Below, piece by piece: positions 8,953 to 16,508 of a DNA stretch of 32,511 nucleotides; position 1 is the stretch's first letter, and each line of letters starts with the position of its first letter. The stretch comes from Planctomycetota bacterium (GTDB lineage: Bacteria; Planctomycetota; B15-G4; JADJEK01): NCBI GenBank assembly GCA_044225365.1, contig JBGAIQ010000060.1, positions 1-32,511 of the forward strand. Reading direction: 5' to 3'. Made by a program: the position numbers and the translations under genes. The notes below the pieces were generated by a model. The model was not told the origin of the DNA. It saw only the letters and a list, made by a program, of their open reading frames with translations, and did no database searches.

Positions 8953-9321
8953 ATGTCAAGGGTAAACCAACAAACCAACATTGTAGCAAGGCTTTTCGTA
9001 CTCATTGGAATCCTGGTGGCCGGCGTAAGGGCCAGTGGTGAGTGTCATGGCACGGTGGGTCCGTCTGGGGTACTTCGATGCGGACCGAGTTGCGATGGTT
9101 CGGGGTCGTGCTCGCCGGTAGATCTCGGTGGCGGACTAGCCGCTTGTGGATGCGACGGAGTTGTTACATCCTGTTGTCATTTGGTTTACAAGAGCTCGAA
9201 TCACACCGCTACTGCCGCCGGAATCTGCGACAGCGGAACGTGTCCCACGACCGGGCCAGCCTGCGCCATCGCAACATTTCCACTTTGGGTAGAAACGCTT
9301 TGTGTCACGCCCCCATTTTAG
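8953..9321 (+). CDS. Secreted 12-cysteine mini-protein A (unknown family)
   Basis: ATG at 8953 after GGAAAGGTG. Hydrophobic signal LFVLIGILVAGVRA, then a ~95-aa mature region with 12 Cys ending in PF. Clear paralogue of the next gene. Confidence 0.88.
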   Translation: MSRVNQQTNIVARLFVLIGILVAGVRASGECHGTVGPSGVLRCGPSCDGSGSCSPVDLGGGLAACGCDGVVTSCCHLVYKSSNHTATAAGICDSGTCPTTGPACAIATFPLWVETLCVTPPF

Positions 9322-9392
9322 TATCGCGAAAGTGCGCGATTGGGCGGTCAAACTAGTTCGTAATAAGTTACCGTTCATGGGAGTGAAGAATC

Positions 9393-9749
9393 GTGAAGTT
9401 CAGAATTGCAGTGGTAATCGCATTCCTTTCGTTACTTATCTCGCTTCTCGCGGCCCTCGCGTGGAGTGGTCAGTGTCATGGGACGATCGGCCCACTCGGA
9501 GCGCTGCGTTGTGTCGACGAATGCCCTCTCCCAGGTGGCACTTGCGGTTCGGTTGATCTTGGAGGTGGAAAGAGCGCCTGCGGTTGTGATGGCTATGTCA
9601 CAACCTGCTGCCACACGGTGTGGCACTCCGGGGGTGCGCCAACTGGAGAAGGGCTTTGTAGTGCATCGGGGTGCCCCTCCGGAGTGTACTGCGCGGTTGC
9701 CTCCTTCGGAGGCTGGACCGAGTTTCTCTGTACCTGGGGACCCTTCTAG
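9393..9749 (+). CDS. Secreted 12-cysteine mini-protein B (unknown family)
   Basis: GTG after GGAG. Signal MKFRIAVVIAFLSLLISLLAALA. Same 12-Cys skeleton, shared CHGTxGP, VDLGGG, ACGCDGxVTxCCH and terminal PF. Confidence 0.9.
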   Translation: MKFRIAVVIAFLSLLISLLAALAWSGQCHGTIGPLGALRCVDECPLPGGTCGSVDLGGGKSACGCDGYVTTCCHTVWHSGGAPTGEGLCSASGCPSGVYCAVASFGGWTEFLCTWGPF

Positions 9750-9962
9750 CAAGAACGGGTTGCATTTCTTGTCAATCACAGCAGGCGCTCAAGCTCAGCT
9801 CAAGCTCCTTCGGTTGATCAAGCCTCTCTGGCGGCGACTACCTGCTTGAGTCTAGGCCCAAGATGACCAAATTTGGCACGTCACGCATTGATTGTTGGAA
9901 GAATGCGCGCGTCAGGCATCGACCCCGTTTTTCTCTTTGACGGTAGGGACATTGGTGTGAGA

Positions 9963-11690
9963 ATGAAGACTTTGGCAGCGTTTGTCATCGTTGTAATAGC
10001 TTCTCTGTTGATATGCGCTTTCTGGTGCATTCAGCTCACTCGCGGTCATCGACCTGAAAGCAATTCCATAGCAATCGACCGGTCGTTGGAATCACCGGCT
10101 CTGTCGAACGCCTCACAACCGAGTTCGGATCCCATCATCCGAGAGATGCAAATCGGAAAGTCTGCGGCTACCGCCAAAAGTCCAACGATTTGCGTACATG
10201 TCTGCGCATCCGACAAGTCGCCCATCGCTGACGCCGCGCTGTCCTACGTCACAGCAAGCAAGCGTTACATCGAAATTGGAACGAGCGACCAGAGCGGGTC
10301 GTTCATAATGGACGTGGCGGCTCCAGTGGCAGCGAGCGCAAAGTGGCTCGGAGTTGAGCGGTCTGGCTTCGCGTCCCAGACGATCGTGCTACCGGACAAA
10401 CTCGAGAGCGACATCTACGTCTCGTTGGAGAAAGAAGCAGTCATCGCTGGTCGCGTTGTATTGAGCAACGGAGTCGCGGCTGGGAAGGATATCACAGTCG
10501 CGTGTTGGCCGCGAGGCGCAGAGCCAGTATCGTACGAGACGGCGCGCGAGTCATTAGTTACGCGAACAAGTACACGCACGACCAAGACTGATGAGGAAGG
10601 GCAATTTACTGTTTCGCAGTTGCATCCGGACGTCTACTATTCGATTGGGGTGGGGGGGCGTGGGCTTGCAGCAGAAGACGTTGTCTGCGGGATCAAATCC
10701 GGAACGCGCGACCTTGAAATCGCCGTATTTCAACTTCATGCAAATTGTCTGTCATTTGTCGGGAGTGACGATGCCCCGTTGAAACTCTTCTGCGACGGAG
10801 CTATCTGGCCCTGGTTTCGGTCATGGGGACCGCACGGTACCCAGGTAGGTGGGTCGCTAACGACAGTAGCGTTAGCGGACGATGGCGGCGAGCTCAGTCA
10901 GCTGTTAGATAGACCGGAGTGCTATGTCCAACTATGGGAAACAGCTCATTATGGGCAGGTAATCGGTGGTATCAGAGTAGATTGCCACCTATCCGGGTTT
11001 CGCCGAATCGAAGAGACGTACAGTGCGGCACCGATCCAGCAGGGTGTCAGTAAATACAAGTTCAAGATGGTGAGCGAGGGGCTCGAAACGGGCGAGATTG
11101 GGTTTCGATTCACTCGGGGTGGGGTGCCCGTGGAATCTGGAGGGGTAGTGGATGCGCTGGCGCCAACATGCGAATTGCGACTGAGCGCGCCAGATGGCCA
11201 TGACTTGACGGCAAACTTACCCAATCCGAACGTCGAAGGTGTTCGAGTTGTCTCAGGCGTTCCAGTTGGTCAGCGTGATCTCTTTGTTCGGGACACAGGT
11301 ACGGGTTTTCGGAGTCCGGTTCAGGGCTTGACTAGCGCAGGCGTCAACCGCTCTGGAATGGTGATAATCGATGTTCCTATCGACTCAGTAGGGGCGATTG
11401 ATGTCGACTATGAACGTCGCTTCTCTGTCTCATGGGGAGAGACGCCGGCACTGGTTCTTGGCACCATCGGACCCGGAATCGTCAAGGATGGCAAGCATGG
11501 GGTCTTGGCAAAGGGAATCGTAAGGCTTCCACCTGGAGGATCGCGAGTTCCCGGCGTGCCGGCGGGCGACTATCAAGTGTTTCCTTTCGAAATCTCTCGC
11601 GGCGACTCCAATGGACAAGACATTGGTCAACTCGTTCGAGTGGTCGGGGGCGAAGCAACCCACCTTTGGCTGCCCATGACTTGGCCGTGA
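9963..11690 (+). CDS. N-terminally membrane-anchored carboxypeptidase-regulatory-like domain protein
   Basis: Likely start MKTLAAFVIVVIASLLICAFW (TM). Motifs SPIADAAL..GTSDQSGSF, IAGRVVLSNG, TKTDEEGQFTVSQL, GVPAGDYQV, VRVVGGEAT. Confidence 0.8.
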   Translation: MKTLAAFVIVVIASLLICAFWCIQLTRGHRPESNSIAIDRSLESPALSNASQPSSDPIIREMQIGKSAATAKSPTICVHVCASDKSPIADAALSYVTASKRYIEIGTSDQSGSFIMDVAAPVAASAKWLGVERSGFASQTIVLPDKLESDIYVSLEKEAVIAGRVVLSNGVAAGKDITVACWPRGAEPVSYETARESLVTRTSTRTTKTDEEGQFTVSQLHPDVYYSIGVGGRGLAAEDVVCGIKSGTRDLEIAVFQLHANCLSFVGSDDAPLKLFCDGAIWPWFRSWGPHGTQVGGSLTTVALADDGGELSQLLDRPECYVQLWETAHYGQVIGGIRVDCHLSGFRRIEETYSAAPIQQGVSKYKFKMVSEGLETGEIGFRFTRGGVPVESGGVVDALAPTCELRLSAPDGHDLTANLPNPNVEGVRVVSGVPVGQRDLFVRDTGTGFRSPVQGLTSAGVNRSGMVIIDVPIDSVGAIDVDYERRFSVSWGETPALVLGTIGPGIVKDGKHGVLAKGIVRLPPGGSRVPGVPAGDYQVFPFEISRGDSNGQDIGQLVRVVGGEATHLWLPMTWP

Positions 11691-11774
11691 GGCCGCGCAA
11701 CAAGTACGCTCGCGATTTAGACTTCGCTCCAGACTCGGACTCTGCAATGAGCAGCAGTTTCGTGCCTCGCCTTC

Positions 11775-12262
11775 CTAGGAAGCGGCGGCGTCGCGATGGC
11801 GGGGGAGGTTCTCTTCGGCCCTCTCGAAGCGCTCTCGCGCCAGCGACCATTGGAAGATCCGCAGGCGGGCGAGATCCTCGAGCGCGATGGGGTCGCGCTG
11901 GGAGTGCAAGCGATAGATCAGCTCGGAGCAACAGAGGCCGAGGAGTTTGAGATCGCGCGCGAGGACCCCAGTGCGCCGCCCGCCCGCGGCACGACGGCAA
12001 GGCCGCAGGCGGTGTCGAACGACCTGGAATCGGCGCGACGGAACACCGAGAGTTACGAAAGGAATCTCTCACTCGTGCTTGCTGGGTACGCGGCGGGCTT
12101 CTGATCGAGAGTCTCCGGGATGTCGACCCTGGAGTCGCCGCCCGCAAGATCGACCTCCATGAGCTCGGTCAAGTGTCTGCGGTTGTAGAACGACTCTTCG
12201 GGGGACAAGGTCGCGGCGGCAGCCGCGAGCGACTCATTGAACTCCTTCGCTAAGCGGTGCAC
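11775..12262 (-). pseudogene. Probable gene remnants of unknown family
   Basis: Two protein-like pieces in different frames: VHRLAKEFNESLAAAAATLSPEESFYNRRHLTELMEVDL (12053..12262), and a start-less GVLARDLKLLGLCCSELIYRLHSQRDPIALEDLARLRIFQWSLARERFERAEENLPRHRDAAAS* ending at 11775. Confidence 0.4.
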
Positions 12263-12275
12263 TTCGATCTGCTTC

Positions 12276-13142
12276 TCAGAGCCCGTCTGCGGCCGTCTTC
12301 AACCCCTTGTTGTCCGGGAAGAACGAGAGCCCTTTCGCATAGGTCTGCTTCGCGAGGTCGAGCTTGCCCTGCTGCTTGTAGAGGTTGCCGAGCAATTCGT
12401 ACGTCGTCGCATATTGCGGCGGGCGCGTGCTCGACTTCTCCTGCTGCGCGATCAGGGTCTCGAATTGCTTCACGGCTTCCTGCGGCTTGCCCGTGATCGC
12501 GGGCCAGAACGAGTAGGAGATCGCTTTCGAGAAGCGCGCGTTCCAGTGATTCGGATCGAGCTCGAGCGCCTTGTCGTAGCACTGATCCATCTTCATCGCC
12601 CAGCCGCCGGTCTCGAGCGGGTTCTTCGACGAGTAGAGCTTCTGCAGATATCCCGAGGCGAGTTCGACTTGGGCGTCGGGGTTGCTGGGATCAGCATCGG
12701 CCTTGGCCTTGAGCGCAGCGATCGCTTCGTCGAGGAGACCCTTCTCTGCGAGTTCCTTCCAAAGCGCCTGCTTCTGTTCGTAGCTCGTCATCGGATCGGA
12801 GAGCTTCGAAAGGAGGTCGCCGAGCTCGCGAGTGGGTTCCTTGCCGGCAGGCTTCGCCGGCTCGCCGGTGCTCGTCCCCTTCGACTTCTCCGCGCCGTCG
12901 CTCTCCGACTTGGCGACCTCGCGATCGACGCGCGGCGTCTCGAGGGTGCGACGGTCGAGCTCCTCGACGCGAGCGCTCAGCTTCTCGAGCGTTGCGACGA
13001 GCTTCTCGGAACGGGCGGCCTCCGCGGCGAGTGCGGCGCGCTGCTCTTCGACGCGCGCGTCGACCGAAGAACGGATCTCGATGGAGAAGTAGACGACGGC
13101 GCTCGCAACGATGAGCGCGGCCAGGATGAGGATGGGCTTCAC
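12276..13142 (-). CDS. Membrane-anchored coiled-coil + TPR protein
   Basis: MKPILILAALIVASAVVYF anchor; heptad-like segment; TPR motifs YDKALELDPNHWNARFSKA and YELLGNLYKQQGKLDLAKQTYAKGLSFFPDN. Confidence 0.88.
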   Translation of the reverse strand: MKPILILAALIVASAVVYFSIEIRSSVDARVEEQRAALAAEAARSEKLVATLEKLSARVEELDRRTLETPRVDREVAKSESDGAEKSKGTSTGEPAKPAGKEPTRELGDLLSKLSDPMTSYEQKQALWKELAEKGLLDEAIAALKAKADADPSNPDAQVELASGYLQKLYSSKNPLETGGWAMKMDQCYDKALELDPNHWNARFSKAISYSFWPAITGKPQEAVKQFETLIAQQEKSSTRPPQYATTYELLGNLYKQQGKLDLAKQTYAKGLSFFPDNKGLKTAADGL

Positions 13143-13173
13143 GATGGGGCTCCGTGGGACTTCGTGTCTTGGA

Positions 13174-15741
13174 TCACGGCCGCGGGATCAGCTCGATCGC
13201 GGCGCGTGTCTCCTGGTTCTCGGTGACTAGGATCTGTGTCTCGTGATCCGCGAATCCTTCGGCGAAGATCCGAAGTTTCAGCGACCCCGCCGGAAGATTC
13301 GCGATGCGGATCGCGCCGTCGTTCGCGGTGCGGATGTCGAGGAGGCGCGCGAAGTCGGTCCCGTCGGCGTCGAGGATCTCGAGACGTGGATGGACGACCG
13401 GCGCACCGCCCCGACCCTTCAGTTCGAGTGCGAGACCACCGGCGCGGCCGAGGGCGACCTGAGCGCTCACGGGCTCGCTTCCCTCCCGAACGACGACGGG
13501 ATCGGACATCGCGACCGCGTGCACGGCATCGGTCGTCGATATGCCGATCCGATAGCGGCCGGGCAAGAGGTCGGTGAATTCGAGCTTGCCGCCCGAGGCG
13601 GCCGGGCCCTTGCCGGCGAAGACGTAGCGCCCGTCGTTCGCGTCCTCGCGGAACAGGATGAGGTACGTGTCATCGACCGGCGCGCTCGACAGTGCGTCGA
13701 CGATGGAGCACTCGAGTCGCAGTCGGGTGAGGGTGATCGGCTGGAGTTCCTTCGTGGCGGCCGTCACTTCGATTCGAGCGATCTGCGAGAGTTCCGTGTT
13801 GTCGGTGAGGCGGAAGACCTCGTACGGGCCGGTCGCCAGGGAGCGAACCGCGAACGCACCGGAGTCGTCCGTTGAAGTCGGACTCCAATCCGAGACGGCG
13901 CGGTCCGCGCGCGGGTCCTTCGTGAACAGCAACTGCGCGTTCGGGATGCCCCGGCCTTTGGCATCGACGAGTCGCCCGCGGATCGCGGCATCCGCGCTCG
14001 CGGCGCGCGGCCCGAAGTCGACTGCGACGGATTCGTCCCCCGTGATCGTCACGAGGCGCATGCGATACAGACTGAAGTCCTTCTCGGGGTCCGGCCCGAG
14101 GTCGAGCGCGCTGTACATGCCCGGCGGCAGATCCTCGATCGCGTACGATCCGTCGGCGGCCGTGATGCCGACGACGATCGGCTGATCGAAGGTGTCGAGC
14201 GCCAGCATCTGATTGAATGCGATGACGACCGATTTCTCGCGAGGGCCGCCTTCGTCGTTCGTGACGACGCCGTGGATGCGTCCGCCGCGAGTCATTCGGA
14301 ATTCGAGGTCGCCACGCTCTTCACCGTCGTAGAGGCCCTTCACCGCGAGCCAGCGCGGCGAGCGTCCCTTGGACTGCACGCGCAGCAGAGTGGAGTGCGG
14401 CGTCGCGGCGACGTGGGTGAGTTCGAACGTGCCCGACGAATCGGTTCGCACGCCGCGCGTCGGGATCCCCGTTTGGAAGAACCCGAGCATCATCGACTCG
14501 TCCCATGGAATCGCGGGTCGTGGCGTCGAGTTCTCGTCGAATACGAGTGCTCCTTCGATCGGTCTTCCCGTCGCCGCATCGAGGACGCGACCGCGGAGCG
14601 TGGCACCGACTCGGAGTGCGAAGTCGATCGTGCGCGGCGGATCCTCGGGATGGATCCAGGTCGAATCGGAGACGCCGACACCGAATCCATCGGCCTCGAC
14701 GAAGACGCGCACGCGTCCGCCGCCGCCGAGGTCGATGGCGTAGCGCCCGTCGTCGCTCGCGATCTCCTCGTCGCGGAAGCTGAAACTCGGTCGCCCGGCG
14801 ACTTGCTCGTAGCGGACCATCGTGACCCGGAACTCCTTCACCGGGGCATTGCCCGCGAGGACTCGACCCACGATCCTCGAGCGTGCGACGGTCGGACTCT
14901 TCGGATTCGTGTCTACGGTGTCGGTACGCGTGGGCGGTGACGAGACGGCGGACGAATCACCATCGACACGCTTTCCGTCGCGATAGCGAGCGCCCGTGGC
15001 CGGCACGCTCTCGCCCGTCGGGAGCAGTTGCGCTGCATCACCGGCCGAGCCGATCGGTCCGATCGCCGCGACGAACGCCGAAGGGTCGCCCTTGGGATCG
15101 GAGTCGAAGCGCCGAATCTCGTAGGTGATTCGACCGCGCAGCGCCCGCACGGTCGCGTGGCGCGAGGTGAGTTGGAGATCGGAATCGGGAGCGGCGACAT
15201 TCGCCGTCACGGAACCGCTCACGACACCGATCGTCGTTCGCGAATCGGCGACGTCGTGCGTCGCCGTCACGCGCGTTGCGCTCGACAACTCGATCGATCG
15301 GCCCGGGGAATTCGGTGCGAGATCGAGAGCGAAGGCCTTGCCCGGAGGCGTCGCGATCTCGAGGAATGGCGAGTCGAGCGTCGCGCGCGACGACGTCGCT
15401 TCGACGAACTCACCAGTGGGCGACGTGCGCATGGCGACGTGGCCGCTGTCGAGGATCGCGGCGAGATCGCGCGTTCCCTTCTCGACCTTCGACGACGAGA
15501 ACAGGAACTGACGCCCCGCGAGGACCGCGAGCCCCGACAGCACGACCGCGGCGGCGACGAGGAGGATCGAGCGGGGCTGCGACCTCGCGGGCTTCTGCTT
15601 CAGCAACAAGCGGGCGCGGAGCGCGGCGCGAAAGGCCGGGTCGGGTTCGACGCGGACGTACGCCCGCTTCAAGAGGCGCGCGAGATTGCGCTCGAGGATG
15701 CTCTCGTCGCGCGGCGGGCGATCTTTGCGTTCGGAGGTCAT
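13174..15741 (-). CDS. Anti-sigma-like membrane protein: short cytoplasmic domain, TM, possible FecR-like segment and carboxypeptidase-regulatory-like repeats
   Basis: True start is ATG at 15741 (MTSERKD), overlapping the sigma stop (ATGA) with GGAGG upstream. LERNLARLL..PDPAFRAALRARL, then TM ILLVAAAVVLSGLAVLA, then repeats LRGRVLDAATGRPIEGALV, IHGVVTNDEGGP, TAADGSYAIEDLPPGMY, IRGRLVDAKGRGIPNAQL. Confidence 0.85.
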   Translation of the reverse strand: MTSERKDRPPRDESILERNLARLLKRAYVRVEPDPAFRAALRARLLLKQKPARSQPRSILLVAAAVVLSGLAVLAGRQFLFSSSKVEKGTRDLAAILDSGHVAMRTSPTGEFVEATSSRATLDSPFLEIATPPGKAFALDLAPNSPGRSIELSSATRVTATHDVADSRTTIGVVSGSVTANVAAPDSDLQLTSRHATVRALRGRITYEIRRFDSDPKGDPSAFVAAIGPIGSAGDAAQLLPTGESVPATGARYRDGKRVDGDSSAVSSPPTRTDTVDTNPKSPTVARSRIVGRVLAGNAPVKEFRVTMVRYEQVAGRPSFSFRDEEIASDDGRYAIDLGGGGRVRVFVEADGFGVGVSDSTWIHPEDPPRTIDFALRVGATLRGRVLDAATGRPIEGALVFDENSTPRPAIPWDESMMLGFFQTGIPTRGVRTDSSGTFELTHVAATPHSTLLRVQSKGRSPRWLAVKGLYDGEERGDLEFRMTRGGRIHGVVTNDEGGPREKSVVIAFNQMLALDTFDQPIVVGITAADGSYAIEDLPPGMYSALDLGPDPEKDFSLYRMRLVTITGDESVAVDFGPRAASADAAIRGRLVDAKGRGIPNAQLLFTKDPRADRAVSDWSPTSTDDSGAFAVRSLATGPYEVFRLTDNTELSQIARIEVTAATKELQPITLTRLRLECSIVDALSSAPVDDTYLILFREDANDGRYVFAGKGPAASGGKLEFTDLLPGRYRIGISTTDAVHAVAMSDPVVVREGSEPVSAQVALGRAGGLALELKGRGGAPVVHPRLEILDADGTDFARLLDIRTANDGAIRIANLPAGSLKLRIFAEGFADHETQILVTENQETRAAIELIPRP

Positions 15742-16361
15742 TCCATGCCTCCGCGTTTCCGGGCGAGCAGTTCGAAGATCCGGGCGAATGCGATACGCGC
15801 GCGAGTCAGGGTCGATTCCGCCGCCTTCTCGCCCTTGCCCTGACTCGCGCCGATCTGCGCAACGGAGCGCTCTTCGACGTACTTCTGGATCAGCGCGTTG
15901 CGGTAGTCCGGAGGCAGCGAGGAGAGCGTCGCACCGACGAGGTCGCGCGTCTCGCGACGCTCGAGGATTCGATCGGGAATGTCCTCGTTCTCGATCCCGG
16001 CGAGGATGAAGTCGATGTCGGCGTCGGCGCTCGCAAGGACGTCGTCGAGCGCGAGCGGTTGTCGCTTGCGACGGAAGGCCATCACCTTCTTCTTCGCGAT
16101 GCCGCACATCCAGGTGTGGAGAGTCGAGCGTCCCGCGAAGTCCGAGAGCTTCTGGAACGCGACGAGGAGCGTGTCCTGGACGATCGACTCCGCGATCCCG
16201 CGATCGCCTCCAACGCGGTAGTGGACGAACTCGTACAGGGCGTCGACATGGCGTTCGAACAAGCGGTCCGCGGCATCGCGATCACCGCGCAGCACGCGGT
16301 CACGCAATTCGAGGTCGTCGTGGTACTTCGCGGGTTCGGCCATGGTCTCGAACGGGTTCAT
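15738..16361 (-). CDS. ECF sigma-70 factor (stand-alone)
   Basis: GDRDAADRLFERH, AESIVQDTLLVA, FAGRSTLHTWMCGIAKK, LPPDYRNAL..YVEE...ESTLTRAR. Start at 16361 or 16343. Confidence 0.93.
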   Translation of the reverse strand: MNPFETMAEPAKYHDDLELRDRVLRGDRDAADRLFERHVDALYEFVHYRVGGDRGIAESIVQDTLLVAFQKLSDFAGRSTLHTWMCGIAKKKVMAFRRKRQPLALDDVLASADADIDFILAGIENEDIPDRILERRETRDLVGATLSSLPPDYRNALIQKYVEERSVAQIGASQGKGEKAAESTLTRARIAFARIFELLARKRGGME

Positions 16362-16508
16362 CCCGAGGTCGAAGCGTGGAGAGCCATCTCCTCGGTCGCT
16401 CTCGATACGGTTTCACGGGACTTGGCGATCCTTCGGTGAAAAAAAGAAATCCTCATCGGTAGGATGCCGATTCGTCCTCGCCAAGACCAAGAGACTGGGA
16501 GCGCCGTC

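Larger units (their letters stand above)
8750..11750. other. Lower-GC accessory island (boundaries approximate)
   Basis: Two hand-counted 60-nt lines inside are 50% and 53% GC versus 78% in one flanking line. A/T-ending codons are frequent. No integrase or transposase is seen. Confidence 0.75.

Noticed and set aside
8953-9749. Labelling the Cys-rich peptides as hydrophobins, RiPP precursors or c-type cytochromes
   Set aside because: 12 Cys with one CC pair does not fit the 8-Cys, two-CC hydrophobin pattern. They carry Sec-type signals with no maturase nearby, and there is no CxxCH motif.
9873-9890. Sigma-54 promoter (TTGGCACG...)
   Set aside because: The GG-to-GC spacing is 8 nt rather than 10, and there is no TTGC element.
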